Shown here piece after piece: positions 48,807-59,499 of a stretch of DNA of 64,000 nucleotides (positions within the stretch are counted from its first letter, which is position 1; every line of letters starts with the position of its first letter). Made by a program: the position numbers and the translations under genes. Source of the DNA: Candidatus Sericytochromatia bacterium (GTDB lineage: Bacteria > Cyanobacteriota > Sericytochromatia > S15B-MN24 > JAQBPE01); NCBI GenBank assembly GCA_035284745.1, contig JAYKIL010000031.1, forward strand, positions 37,201-101,200, read 5' to 3'. Under the pieces are notes generated by a model. That model was not told the origin of the DNA. It ran no database searches and saw only the letters and a program-made list of their open reading frames with translations.

Positions 48807-51320
48807 TTAGGTCGCAGCAGGCACGTCCTCTGGCACCGTCAACCGACGAATCAATGCCGTGTAATCTTCTATAATCTGGTCCGCTTGCATCGCAGAGTTC
48901 GCGTCGGCGAAAAGGTGGACCACAGGGTCTACGGGATCGGGCAGCACCAAAGCCCAACCGCCTTGGCAGAAGACTTTCACGCCGTCAATGAGTTCCGTTT
49001 GTCCGTGTTTACTTTGCTCAACGAGCACCCGCATGACCGTGCCTTTCTGTTCCCAAGGGCAGGGGACAACCTCGTGCACGTGGTGAAAATCGGGCAGATC
49101 GTCGACCAGGTCCGCGACCGAGCGTCCCGACGCGGCCAAAGCCTCCGCAATTCGGCCTGCCGCCATCATGGCATCATATCCAGGGTGGATAGCAGGGAAG
49201 ATAAACTTACCGTCAAGGTTCCCCGCCATGATGACGCCTTCGTGGCGAGATGCCTCCATCATGGCGCGAGAGTTTACTTTGGTCCGGATCACGGTCGTAC
49301 CAGATTCAGCCGCCACCGATTCAATAATGGAGGGGGCGCTGACCGGAACAACGACCTTCCCGTGAGGGTGCAAGGTTCCAACAAGCCGAACCATCAGGAC
49401 CAAAAGGCGCCCCGAGCTAATGATGCGGCCTCGGGGGTCTACCAAATGAAGTCGTTCGGCATTGTCATCAATTTGGAAACCGAAGGTCGCCTTAAGAGCG
49501 AGCACAATATGGCTCAGCTGTTGCCGCAATTCTTCTCTTTGGCGCGGGCTCGGAGGTTGACTCGCGGCGTGCGCGTTTAAAACCACGGTCTCCGCTCCCA
49601 TACGGCCCAGCAAGCCAGGAAGCATCACGTTGCTGAATGAGTTTGCGTAGTCGATGACTATTTTGGGCCGCATCCGCTTCAGGCCCTCTGGGCTGATGGC
49701 GCGACAGTAACCACTGGCATAGTGTTCCGTGACCCTCGCCGGAAACGAGATGTTTCCAATGTCGGCCAAACTGACCCGCCGAAAGTCTTCTTTGAAGAAA
49801 TTCGACTCAATTTTTTTCTCCTCAGCTTTCGATATGGTCATGCCTTTACTGTCCAAGAAGTCAATGACCACTTCGTTTTCGGAGTCGGCCGACATCCGAA
49901 TATGAATTCCTCCCCGCGCGTTGGTCTCTGGCAGGAAAAAACGGGTTATCGGGAGGCTTGTAGATTCTAAGTTGTGAACGTTCACACCAACCGACAGCAG
50001 GCCAGAAATCATTCCTCGGTTGATCATCCTGCTTGCGGGGGTCGAGTCGCGACTGACCGTGACTGAACTGCCCAACGGCAATGTCGCTCCGTAACTGGCG
50101 CCCAGTTTGACCGCGAATTCCGGGGTAATTTCAATGTTGGCCAGGCCTTCAACCCCTGTGGCTCCAAACAAAGTCCGTTGAGCCTGAGAGCCCCAAATCA
50201 GAGAACTTGTGAGGGTCGCACCCGCGTCGATGGTTTTATTTGGCCAGATTTTGACTTCCGGTTTGATTTGCGCCTCTTCACCCACCACACAATCGTTGGC
50301 AACGATGGCGCCCTCCAGTATCACCGCTCCTCGTTTGATGCTAGACCCCTTACCGATCACACAGCCTCTGAGCTGGACCTCTTCTCCGATGTAGACGTTG
50401 TTCCAGATAATGGGACGTTTAAGCGATGACCCCTCGCCGACGATGACGTTATCGCCAAGGACGGTTCCAGGGGTTAGCGTTGCTCCGGCACCAATCTGGC
50501 AATTGTGGCCGATCACTACGGGCCCGCTGATCTGCGCACTGGGGGCAATCACGGTTCCTTCTCCCACCCAAATATTTCCCTCTATGCGCGTGTAACCGTG
50601 GTCAATCGCCACCTTTCCATCCAAGATGTCATAGTGCGCTTGGCGATAGCTTTGGAGGTTCCCAACGTCTTCCCAGTATCCGTCAGCCACATAGCCGTAC
50701 ATCGGGTCTTGGCGTTGAAGCAGCAGGGGAAACAAGTCTTTCGAGAAGTCCACTTCCTGGTCAGGTGGAAGAAGGGCCAGGACTTGGGGTTCGAGGATGT
50801 AGGTGCCCGTGTTAATGGTGTCGGAAAAGACCTCCGACATCGATGGCTTCTCTAAAAAACGCTGAATTCGCCCCTCTTCATCAGTGATAACTACGCCGAA
50901 TTCAAGCGGGTTGTTGACGCGTTTCAAGACAATGGTGGCGAGGCTTTGCTTGGCCTTGTGAAACGCCACCGCTTGGGCCAGGTCGATGTCTGTCAGAGAA
51001 TCTCCTGAGATGACCAGGAAGGTATCGTCCAGAAGGTCTTCGATCGCTTTGACGCAACCGGCCGTACCGAGTGGCATTTTTTCTTCGACGGCATAGCTGA
51101 TTTTTACACCGAAATCGTGTCCGTCACCAAAGTAGTTCTGAATGACGTGGGGCAAGTAATAAAGAGTGATCACAATGTCCGTCACGCCGTGACGCTTCAA
51201 TAAATTAATGATGTGCTCTGCCATCGGCTTCGTCAGCATGGGCACCATTGGCTTTGGAATGTCGCAGGTCAATGGTCGCAGACGCGTGCCAGAACCACCT
51301 GCCATCAATACTGCTTTCAT
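48807..51320 (-). CDS. Mannose-1-phosphate guanylyltransferase/phosphomannomutase-like fusion
   Basis: AGGSGTRLRPLT, EKP, hexapeptide repeats, then LFG..GV.G alpha-phosphohexomutase domains; GAGGAGG RBS. Confidence 0.9.
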   Translation of the reverse strand: MKAVLMAGGSGTRLRPLTCDIPKPMVPMLTKPMAEHIINLLKRHGVTDIVITLYYLPHVIQNYFGDGHDFGVKISYAVEEKMPLGTAGCVKAIEDLLDDTFLVISGDSLTDIDLAQAVAFHKAKQSLATIVLKRVNNPLEFGVVITDEEGRIQRFLEKPSMSEVFSDTINTGTYILEPQVLALLPPDQEVDFSKDLFPLLLQRQDPMYGYVADGYWEDVGNLQSYRQAHYDILDGKVAIDHGYTRIEGNIWVGEGTVIAPSAQISGPVVIGHNCQIGAGATLTPGTVLGDNVIVGEGSSLKRPIIWNNVYIGEEVQLRGCVIGKGSSIKRGAVILEGAIVANDCVVGEEAQIKPEVKIWPNKTIDAGATLTSSLIWGSQAQRTLFGATGVEGLANIEITPEFAVKLGASYGATLPLGSSVTVSRDSTPASRMINRGMISGLLSVGVNVHNLESTSLPITRFFLPETNARGGIHIRMSADSENEVVIDFLDSKGMTISKAEEKKIESNFFKEDFRRVSLADIGNISFPARVTEHYASGYCRAISPEGLKRMRPKIVIDYANSFSNVMLPGLLGRMGAETVVLNAHAASQPPSPRQREELRQQLSHIVLALKATFGFQIDDNAERLHLVDPRGRIISSGRLLVLMVRLVGTLHPHGKVVVPVSAPSIIESVAAESGTTVIRTKVNSRAMMEASRHEGVIMAGNLDGKFIFPAIHPGYDAMMAAGRIAEALAASGRSVADLVDDLPDFHHVHEVVPCPWEQKGTVMRVLVEQSKHGQTELIDGVKVFCQGGWALVLPDPVDPVVHLFADANSAMQADQIIEDYTALIRRLTVPEDVPAAT

Positions 51321-51461
51321 CGTGTGATCCCTCCTCCTCAAACCGGCAAGCCACCGGTTAGGCACCCTGCAAGAAGCCTTTTCCGGCCACGATTCTACCT
51401 CATCTCACCGGACTTCAAGGTTCAACAAATGGCCTTATCCGACAGTGTGAGGTCTGGCGTT

Positions 51462-52718
51462 TCAGATGCGAGCTTTTTCTTTCTTTACCGCACCGGACGA
51501 TTCCGGTGCCGGCGCCTCCGACGGCGGTGAAGAACCGTTGGATTCCGTTAAAACCCTGGTATAAACGGCGGCCGTGGTGCGGGCGATGGCAGGCCAATTG
51601 AAGACCTCTTCAACGCGCTTTCTGCCGTTGGCCGCCAACCAGTTCGCATAGTCGACATTTTTTAAGACTTCCAAAATGCCCCAACTGAGGGAATCCGCAT
51701 CGCCTGAGAAAGTCGTGATGCCACTCTTGGTGTGCTCCACGATGCTTCCGAGCCCTCCGGTGTCGGCCACGACCACGGGAACCTTCGCTGCCATCCCTTC
51801 CAGAGCCACGATGCCGAAGGGTTCGTACAGGCTTGGAAAAACAGCCACGTCGATGACTTGGTAAAGTTTGAGCAGATCTTGGTCTGAAACGAAGCCCGTG
51901 AAATTTACGTACGGCGCCACGCCCAATTCGTGAGCCCGCCGTTTCAGGTCGGCCAGGAATCCTCCCTTCCCGACGACGACGAACCGCGCGTCGCCAAAAC
52001 CAGCCAGCACTTTCGGCACTGCTTCTAGCAACACCTGAGCTCCTTTTTCTGGAGTCATCCGGCCGACAAAGAATACTAATTTCTGGTGATCGGCTGCGAA
52101 ATGTCTGCGAAACTGGACCCGTTCCGTTGCGCTGAGCGTGGGATTGAATTTTTCATACTTCACGCCGTTCGGGATGATGTTAATTTTGTCTTCCGGCACT
52201 CCAAAGGCTTGCTTGGTCTCGGCCAGCATGTACTGGCTGCACACGATGACACGCCACGCTTCGAAGCAAAGGCGCCATTCCATTTGGTTGACAAACTGCG
52301 AGAATTCAGATGCCAAGTGTCCTCGGTTACGGCCCGCTTCGGTCGCATGGATGGTGGCAATGAGCGGGATTCCAAGGCCTTTTTTCAGCGTGATGCCTGC
52401 GTGGGCAGTCAACCAATCGTGGGCGTGAACGACATCAAATGGGCGATTCCGATGGGCTTCCAAGGCGTAGGCGACCATTCCATGTTGCAACTGCAGCACC
52501 CACGACAGGAAGTCGGGCGGGTCAAAAGGGAAGTTTTTCACCCTGTGAAGATGCACCCCGTTCACCGTTTCCCGTTCAGCGGTTCCGGGATGGTCTGCTG
52601 TGACGACGTGTATCTCGTGGCCTTGGGCGGCCAACGCTTCGGAAATCTCCTCCACGTGTCGGGCAATTCCACCTACGATGCGCGGTGGATATTCCCAAGA
52701 GAGCATTAGTATGCGCAT
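51462..52718 (-). CDS. GT4-family glycosyltransferase
   Basis: WEYPPRIVGGIARHV, HAHDW, PSLYEPFGIVALE. Confidence 0.92.
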   Translation of the reverse strand: MRILMLSWEYPPRIVGGIARHVEEISEALAAQGHEIHVVTADHPGTAERETVNGVHLHRVKNFPFDPPDFLSWVLQLQHGMVAYALEAHRNRPFDVVHAHDWLTAHAGITLKKGLGIPLIATIHATEAGRNRGHLASEFSQFVNQMEWRLCFEAWRVIVCSQYMLAETKQAFGVPEDKINIIPNGVKYEKFNPTLSATERVQFRRHFAADHQKLVFFVGRMTPEKGAQVLLEAVPKVLAGFGDARFVVVGKGGFLADLKRRAHELGVAPYVNFTGFVSDQDLLKLYQVIDVAVFPSLYEPFGIVALEGMAAKVPVVVADTGGLGSIVEHTKSGITTFSGDADSLSWGILEVLKNVDYANWLAANGRKRVEEVFNWPAIARTTAAVYTRVLTESNGSSPPSEAPAPESSGAVKKEKARI

Positions 52719-52836
52719 GCCAGACCTTTCAAATGAGACTGGGGGCAGGCCGGGTCGCGACGTTGCGCCAGGCCGGCTTTATATACCCGCAACCGCCCGC
52801 CTTCCGCGCTAACTGCTCGGAGGAGGGAGCATTTTT

Positions 52837-53220
52837 TCAAAAGCCGGGGTCGAAGTTGCCGCCGGATTCACCCCGTGCGTTCCAATCTCCGCCACTCTCG
52901 GCCTTGGACCCTAACAACTGGAAGTCGCTCGCCGAGATAGTCGTCATGTCTTGTTTTTGGCCGTTCTGATCGGTCCAACTGCGGTGCTCCAGGCGTCCGA
53001 TAATTCCTACCAATTTCCCCTTTTTGACGTATTCTGCCGCTATTTCAGCGCGCTTGTCCCACACTTCAATGCGAAACCAATCCGTCGTATCAACCCCCTC
53101 GGTTCGCTTCACCGGGCGATTGACCGCAATGTTGAAATGCGCTCTGGCGCGACCACTCTCGAAATACTTTATCTCCGCATCGGCCCCCGCGCGGCCGACT
53201 AAAACCACGGAATTCAACAT
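52837..53220 (-). CDS. ssb: Single-stranded DNA-binding protein (short type)
   Basis: NSVVLVGR, IAVNR, TDWF..EVW, YVKKG; acidic DPGF tail. Confidence 0.92.
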   Translation of the reverse strand: MLNSVVLVGRAGADAEIKYFESGRARAHFNIAVNRPVKRTEGVDTTDWFRIEVWDKRAEIAAEYVKKGKLVGIIGRLEHRSWTDQNGQKQDMTTISASDFQLLGSKAESGGDWNARGESGGNFDPGF

Positions 53221-53393
53221 ACAATTCGCCCTCTCAGAGAAAAAGACACACGCCAATGCGTTGCAGGGAATAGAGCGTGCCCCTCTCAGGGGAGGGCCGC
53301 GTCCGACTGAATTTTAACATTTCTCGGAGCGGGGAAAGGCACGAGTGATCAATCTTGGGAGTGTCACACTTGCTGCCCTGGAGCAGTATAAAG

Positions 53394-53421
53394 TTGCAGG
53401 TCTCGAGGTCCGTGGTATACT
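53394..53421 (+). promoter_or_regulatory. Putative rne promoter (extended -10)
   Basis: TTGCAG-N16-TATACT with TG at the extended -10 position. Confidence 0.55.
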
Positions 53422-53815
53422 GCACTATAAGTCTTCGTGTGTTCCAACAGGACACACCGCTTGATTCCAAGAGCACGCAACGCAAACCGTGCCCACCTGC
53501 TGATACTCCCGCCCCCTGTTGAGAAGGAAAGACGCCAGTTCAATCTTCCGACGTGTTGCTTTCCGACAGAGACTCCTCGGGGATCGATTCAAACAGTGTC
53601 GTGCAATAAGAGACGTTTGCAATCTCCGTTTGAAGTCATTGAGGATTCTGATAGAAATTTCTGCCGCCCTGTCGCCGGAAAACGAGGAGATGTTACTTTT
53701 TGTTTTTGGCGCACGAGTTCCACAGCCCGCCTCACCGCGCATTTGATGATGCTCAGGCATTCAATGCTTAAACAGGACTGATGTGGCTCCTTTCTTGCAA
53801 AAAAACGAAGATCGA

Positions 53816-56407
53816 ATGAGGAAAACTCTCGTACGACCCCCAAAAAAAGAAATCGTGATCAGCGAGGCCAACGACCTTGCCGTTGTGTTCGAAAATGGTC
53901 GGGCTTCAGAATTTTTTCTGAGACACGGTGACCAACTTGTTGGCGACATTATTTGGGGGCAGGTTGATGCCGTGGTCCCCGGTATTGAGGCCGCCTTCGT
54001 AAATATTGGACAAGACCGGAACGGGTTCATTCACGTCGCGGATTTGCCGTCGATGCAAACCCCCCGCAAGACGGCACCCCCGAAAAAGCCGACGATCAAG
54101 GTTCGCGATAGAATTCTGGTGCAGATTGCGAAAGCGCCGACCGGAACTAAAGGAGCCCGGCTGACTGGTCGGATCACCATTCCGGGCCGCTTTTTGGTGT
54201 TGGTGCCTCACGACAACAGAGTTTCCATTTCTAGACGGATCACCGATGGCTACGAACGTGAGCGTTTGCGCGAATTGACGTTGCGTTTGAAGGATCCCGG
54301 CCACGGTTTAATTGTTCGGACGGAAGCCATTGGGCGCTCAGAAGAAGAACTACGGCAAGACATTGAGGAACTCATCGAGATTTGGGCAGACATCTTGCAT
54401 CAGGTTCAGATTGTGGAACCGCCGGCTCTTCTGCATCGCGACAGCGACCTGATTCATCGGGTGTTGCGGGATGCCTTAACGGGTGATGTAAACAGAATCG
54501 TTGTGGACACACACACTGGCTATCACAAGGCACGCGAGATCCTGCAAGGCTGGATGCCCGAAGTTGCCGATCAAGTCGAATTGCACGAGGGAGCGCAATC
54601 CATTATGGAAAGGTACAAAATTAGCGAGGAGCTTGATGCGGCCATTTCACCCAAAGTGTGGCTGCCGAGCGGAGGCTACTTGATACTGGAGCACACGGAG
54701 GCCTTGACGGTCATCGACGTGAATTCGGGTCGTCTGACGCAGAGCAAATCCCTGGCTGAAACAGTTCTGCGGACGAACATTGAGGCGGCTGAAGAGATTG
54801 CCCGCCAACTGAGGCTCCGAGACATTGGCGGCATCATTGTGATTGACTTTATTTCGATGGATGAACACCGCGATCGCCAGAAGGTTTTTCAAGCGTTTCT
54901 CGAGTCGTTGAAACAAGACAAGAGTCGCCCGCAGGTCACTAACTTCTCGGAACATGGCCTGATAGAAGTGAGCCGGCGCAGGCAGGGGCAAAATCTGTTG
55001 GAGCAATTGACCTTACCGTGCGATTTGTGTGGCGGGACAGGTCGTAAAAAAGCAAGCCATCTCCTGTCTGAGAACCCTGTCCATCAGGCTGTGCGGGTCG
55101 GCCGAATCGAAGAGGAAGCGGCAGAAATTTTAGAAGAACTTGAGGTGGCTGAAGAAGAATTGGGGCTCGAACTGTTGGACGGCTCGCCGGAGGGTGACGG
55201 TGAAGGCAGCGGTGACCCGGCGCGACGTCGTCGTCGGCGGCGGCGCAGAGGCCGTGGCCGTGGCGGTGCGGAGACTGAACTTGGACCTATTCTGACAGAA
55301 CCGGGCGATGCGATTGCGCTTGAAGAAGGCCTGTTTGCGGAAGAAGCCTTCGTTGCGGTTGAGCCTTCGCGTGCTCCACGCCCTCGCAACGATTTCGGCC
55401 GCAGGGAAACTCGCCAGGTTCGAGAGGTTGCCGTTTCGGATGATTTCGGTATGGTCGAAGAGGTCGACCTGTTCGGGGATCAAAGGCCAGGTTCCTCCCC
55501 GGCAGGCGCACGTTCACGTGAGCGCGGTGGGCGCGACCGCGGCGGACGGGACCGTTTTGGTGGCCGTGAGCGCTTTGGTGACAGAGGTCGTCCGGGACGC
55601 GATCGGTTTGCTGGCCGCGACGACCGGGGTGGTGGCGCAGGTGGTTTGGATGGGGCATTGATGGGGCCTCGCGTCGCTGCCGCTGAACCCACGGGGACGT
55701 TGCACGTGACGGCGCCGGGTCCGCGCGTCCGTCGCGTGGAACGCCGTTCGGACACGGCGGTGGCTGCGACTTCACCAGCAACTGAAACACCTACTGTGAA
55801 GCCTACGCTTCCTGTACCGGCTGCGGCGGCGGTTCGTTCCCCCGCTCCGACCGATGTTCAGGAGGCCCCGAAGGCAGTGGCTGAAGAGCGTCGGCGCCCA
55901 GCCAAACCGTTGCCTGTGCCTGAAGAGCTTTCGCAAACGGCGGTGCCTGGGGTTTTTGTGCTTAAAAAGAAAGCGGCCGGCCGGCCGAGTCTAGACAGTT
56001 TGTTGGGCGATGCGCCGGAGACCTCGCAGTCGGAGGTCAAACCCGCAAAGGCCCCGGCCAAGCGAACGGTGAAAAAGTCTACAACGGCGGCGGTCATGGA
56101 AAATTCGGCGGCATTGCCTTCCGATGAGACCTTGGCGGTGGCTAAGAAAAAGCCGGTTCGGAAGGCGGCGACCACCAGCAAAGAGACCACTGCGACCGAA
56201 GCGACCGAGAAGAAGGCTTCTACACCGAAAAAGACGACCGTGCGTAAAAGTGCACAGAACACTGAGGCCGCTGCAGCGCTCCCCGAAGAGCCCAAGAAGG
56301 CACCTGCGAAGAAGGTGGCGGCTGCCAAAGGAAAGTCTACCGAATCAGACGTGGCAGCGGTCAAGAAAACCGTGGTGCGCAAGGCCGCCGTTAAGACCTC
56401 GAAGTAA
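53816..56407 (+). CDS. rne: Ribonuclease E with long disordered C-terminal region
   Basis: S1 domain (AAFVNIG), TEALTVIDVNSG, RLRDIGGIIVIDFI, Zn-link CDLCGGTG; start uncertain (53783 or 53816). Confidence 0.93.
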   Translation: MRKTLVRPPKKEIVISEANDLAVVFENGRASEFFLRHGDQLVGDIIWGQVDAVVPGIEAAFVNIGQDRNGFIHVADLPSMQTPRKTAPPKKPTIKVRDRILVQIAKAPTGTKGARLTGRITIPGRFLVLVPHDNRVSISRRITDGYERERLRELTLRLKDPGHGLIVRTEAIGRSEEELRQDIEELIEIWADILHQVQIVEPPALLHRDSDLIHRVLRDALTGDVNRIVVDTHTGYHKAREILQGWMPEVADQVELHEGAQSIMERYKISEELDAAISPKVWLPSGGYLILEHTEALTVIDVNSGRLTQSKSLAETVLRTNIEAAEEIARQLRLRDIGGIIVIDFISMDEHRDRQKVFQAFLESLKQDKSRPQVTNFSEHGLIEVSRRRQGQNLLEQLTLPCDLCGGTGRKKASHLLSENPVHQAVRVGRIEEEAAEILEELEVAEEELGLELLDGSPEGDGEGSGDPARRRRRRRRRGRGRGGAETELGPILTEPGDAIALEEGLFAEEAFVAVEPSRAPRPRNDFGRRETRQVREVAVSDDFGMVEEVDLFGDQRPGSSPAGARSRERGGRDRGGRDRFGGRERFGDRGRPGRDRFAGRDDRGGGAGGLDGALMGPRVAAAEPTGTLHVTAPGPRVRRVERRSDTAVAATSPATETPTVKPTLPVPAAAAVRSPAPTDVQEAPKAVAEERRRPAKPLPVPEELSQTAVPGVFVLKKKAAGRPSLDSLLGDAPETSQSEVKPAKAPAKRTVKKSTTAAVMENSAALPSDETLAVAKKKPVRKAATTSKETTATEATEKKASTPKKTTVRKSAQNTEAAAALPEEPKKAPAKKVAAAKGKSTESDVAAVKKTVVRKAAVKTSK

Positions 56408-56514
56408 ACCCTGAGGGGCGTTGAGGTGTTACGTTCCAGGGCTGCCGAGGGGGAGCCTACGGAGTACCCGATGGACTCGTCAGGCCTGAGTGCCTGTCGA
56501 GCGGGGGTGCGGTA

Positions 56515-57489
56515 GTGAGCTCGGGGCACGAGGAACTGCCCGACTGCTCTGGCGACGAAGAGGCCTGGCTTGTCGAAGCGGGTGACGAAGGGTTGCGTCT
56601 GGATGCCTATCTGTGTGCTCATCTCGAGGATGTGTCTCGCACGCGGGCGCAACGTTGGATAGCAGATGGGCTCGCGCGCGTGGACGGCGCTAGCAGCAAG
56701 TCTTCGGCGCGCCTTAAAACAGGCCAGGTCGTGACTTTGTTGGTGAGTCCGGTGCTTCAGGAGGTGAAACTGTCACCGGAGGCCTTGCCGTTGGAGATCG
56801 TGTTCGAAGACTCCGACATGATTGTTTTGAACAAGGCGGTGGGGATGGTTGTTCACCCTTCGCCAGGACATGCCACCGGAACCATGGTGCACGCGTTGTT
56901 ACACCATTGTCGAGGACAGTTGTCTGGGATTGGTGGGGTGGCCCGCCCCGGTATTGTTCACCGCTTGGATAAAGACACGTCGGGACTCATTATGGCGGCC
57001 AAGACTGATTTGGCACACGCTTCGCTTTCGGATCAAATTGCGAAAAAAGAGGCTTCCCGTCTGTACTGGGCCGTTGTTGGCGGCCATCTACCCACGTCGG
57101 TGGGACGGGTGGATGCCCCGCTTGCGCGTCACGTCGTTCATCGGCAAAGGATGGCTGTGGTGGCGGGGGGCAGGCCGGCGGCCACGCGCTGGGAAGTGTT
57201 GGAGTCCTTTAGGGGCTACGAATGGGTTGCGTGTTTGCTGGAAACGGGCCGGACCCATCAGATTCGAGTCCATATGAACTACCTGGGACACCCGATTGTG
57301 GGTGATCCCGTCTACGGGGGGGACCGTTCTTTGCCCGTAAAGCTCTCAGGCCAAGCACTGCACGCGCGCGGGTTGCGGGTAAGGCATCCCCGGACCGCTG
57401 AGATATTGGAGTTTGAGGCATCACCTCCCGAACCTTTTTCCAAACTATTGAACTACTTGAGGTTACATCGCGCAGAAAAAGGTCGGTGA
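56515..57489 (+). CDS. rluD: RluD-like pseudouridine synthase
   Basis: S4 domain (RLDAYL), RPGIVHRLDKDTSG, TGRTHQIRVH, GDPVYG. Confidence 0.88.
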   Translation: MSSGHEELPDCSGDEEAWLVEAGDEGLRLDAYLCAHLEDVSRTRAQRWIADGLARVDGASSKSSARLKTGQVVTLLVSPVLQEVKLSPEALPLEIVFEDSDMIVLNKAVGMVVHPSPGHATGTMVHALLHHCRGQLSGIGGVARPGIVHRLDKDTSGLIMAAKTDLAHASLSDQIAKKEASRLYWAVVGGHLPTSVGRVDAPLARHVVHRQRMAVVAGGRPAATRWEVLESFRGYEWVACLLETGRTHQIRVHMNYLGHPIVGDPVYGGDRSLPVKLSGQALHARGLRVRHPRTAEILEFEASPPEPFSKLLNYLRLHRAEKGR

Positions 57490-57502
57490 GTTTTTTAGTT
57501 GG

Positions 57503-57727
57503 TCAATGGCAGCTACATCCGCCCCCACAGCCGCCTCCCCGTGAGGTAGGGTGCGGCGCTTGCGGTGCAGCGATGCCCTTGCCTGCCACGTTGGCCGCGA
57601 AAGTGCTCATCAACCGCTGCAGCGTGTGGCTCTGGCACGTAGGACACACGGCTTGCTCTTTGGCGCTGGCAAGAAACACCTCGAAGGCATTTTTGCACGA
57701 CTCGCACCGGTACTCGTAGATAGGCAC
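57503..57727 (-). CDS. FmdB-family zinc-ribbon protein
   Basis: MPIYEYRCESC...CPTC...GCGGGCSCH; GTG start with GGAGG RBS. Confidence 0.9.
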   Translation of the reverse strand: MPIYEYRCESCKNAFEVFLASAKEQAVCPTCQSHTLQRLMSTFAANVAGKGIAAPQAPHPTSRGGGCGGGCSCH

Positions 57728-57972
57728 TGCATACCTCCAAGCGTTGACTTCTTTGTCTGACGAGGGAACGATCCGATCATACCACGGGTCCCGACCCATC
57801 GTTCACGGCTCCCTTGATGCGATGCCCGTGGACACCGCGTCGCCCCCCCTGATACGATACGGCGGCGGGTGTGAGTGACATGGAAGAGTGTTAAGCGCGA
57901 CGGGGAGAGGTGGCTGTTGGCAAGAACAGCCTGATCCGTACCGTTCGAGGCGTCATTGTCGGAGTGTGTCCT

Positions 57973-59481
57973 GTGAGTTCGGAAACTACTATATTTGAAA
58001 AAGCCGTTCCAGGTCGCGTGGGGATGCGACTTCCATCTTCGGGCGTGCCTCTTACCCACTGGCGGGGAGGCCTGCCTCGCGGGATGCGTCGCGAAACCGT
58101 GTTGCCATTACCGGCGTTAACAGAACCGGAGGTGATTCGGCACTTTACCCGGCTTTCAAGAAAAAACTTTGCGATTGATGCAGGTTTCTATCCTTTGGGC
58201 TCGTGCACGATGAAGTACAACCCGAAACTGAACGAATTAATGTCCCGCCTTCCTGGTTTCGCTGGCTTGCACCCCTATCAGCCCACTGAAACGGCGCAAG
58301 GGGCACTCACGGTGATGGCCGAACTTGAGCAGGCTCTGCAGGCGTTGACAGGGATGGCCCGGGTGACGCTACAGCCAGCCGCTGGCGCCCACGGCGAACT
58401 GACTGGCATCTTGATGATTAAGGCCTATCACCAAGATCGAAGCGATGATGCCCGCACCGAAATTATCGTTCCAGACTCGGCACACGGAACCAATCCCGCA
58501 ACCGCTGCACTCGCAGGATATACCGTGATTACGGTTCCATCGGATGGGCGCGGTCAGGTGGATATGGAGGCACTTCGGGGCGTGGTCGGGCCTCGAACGG
58601 CCGGGATGATGTTGACAAACCCGAATACGCTGGGTTTGTTTGAAGAAAACATTGCAGAAATTACCGGTTTGATTCACCAAGCCGGCGGCTTAATGTACTA
58701 CGACGGAGCCAATTTTAATGCGATTATGGGGCTCGTGCGTCCCGGCGATATGGGTTTCGATGTCGTTCACTTAAACTTGCATAAGACGATGACGACACCT
58801 CACGGAGGCGGCGGCCCGGGTTCGGGTCCTGTGGGTGTGTCGAAGATTCTGGAACCTTATCTGCCGACCCCCTTGGTTCAGAACCGGGATGGTGTCTACT
58901 ATTTTGATTTTGATCGTCCCAAGTCCATCGGTCGGGTGAAGGCGTATTATGGAAACTTTGGGATGCACGTACGGGCGCTCAGTTACATTCTCACGATGGG
59001 AGGAGATGGGCTGCGGCAGGCCAGTGAAGATGCGGTTCTCAATGCGAACTATCTTCGGGTGAAGCTACAATCACATTTTCGCTTGCCCTTCGAGCAAGTC
59101 TGTATGCACGAATTTGTTTTATCGGGGGACCGGCAGAAAAAGGCGGGTGCCAACACCCTCGCCATTGGGAAGCGCCTCATTGACTATGGGTACCATCCGC
59201 CGACAATCTATTTTCCTTTGGTCGTCCCCGAGGCGTTAATGATTGAACCCACCGAGACCGAGAGTCGCGCGACGTTGGATGCGTTTGCTGCGGCCATGAC
59301 GGCCATCGCCAAGGAAGTAGAGTCGGATGCTTCTCTCGTGACGGGGGCTCCTTACTCTGCCCCGGTGGGACGCGTTGATGAGGCCCAGGCCGCGCGCAAA
59401 CCGAATTTCCGCTGGGCGCTCCCCCAGGAAGGCACCGTGGAGGCGGCGGCGGTGGCGGCCCGACCCGCTGGTTGCGCTTGA
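57973..59481 (+). CDS. gcvPB: Glycine dehydrogenase subunit 2
   Basis: [45 protein letters not shown]; GGAG before GTG 57973. Confidence 0.95.
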   Translation: MSSETTIFEKAVPGRVGMRLPSSGVPLTHWRGGLPRGMRRETVLPLPALTEPEVIRHFTRLSRKNFAIDAGFYPLGSCTMKYNPKLNELMSRLPGFAGLHPYQPTETAQGALTVMAELEQALQALTGMARVTLQPAAGAHGELTGILMIKAYHQDRSDDARTEIIVPDSAHGTNPATAALAGYTVITVPSDGRGQVDMEALRGVVGPRTAGMMLTNPNTLGLFEENIAEITGLIHQAGGLMYYDGANFNAIMGLVRPGDMGFDVVHLNLHKTMTTPHGGGGPGSGPVGVSKILEPYLPTPLVQNRDGVYYFDFDRPKSIGRVKAYYGNFGMHVRALSYILTMGGDGLRQASEDAVLNANYLRVKLQSHFRLPFEQVCMHEFVLSGDRQKKAGANTLAIGKRLIDYGYHPPTIYFPLVVPEALMIEPTETESRATLDAFAAAMTAIAKEVESDASLVTGAPYSAPVGRVDEAQAARKPNFRWALPQEGTVEAAAVAARPAGCA

Positions 59482-59499
59482 AGAATGGGGTTGAACTAA

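Noticed and set aside
57880-57972. Glycine riboswitch upstream of gcvPB
   Set aside because: GGAGAG and one hairpin are present, but the CCGAAG and CUCAGG conserved elements are missing
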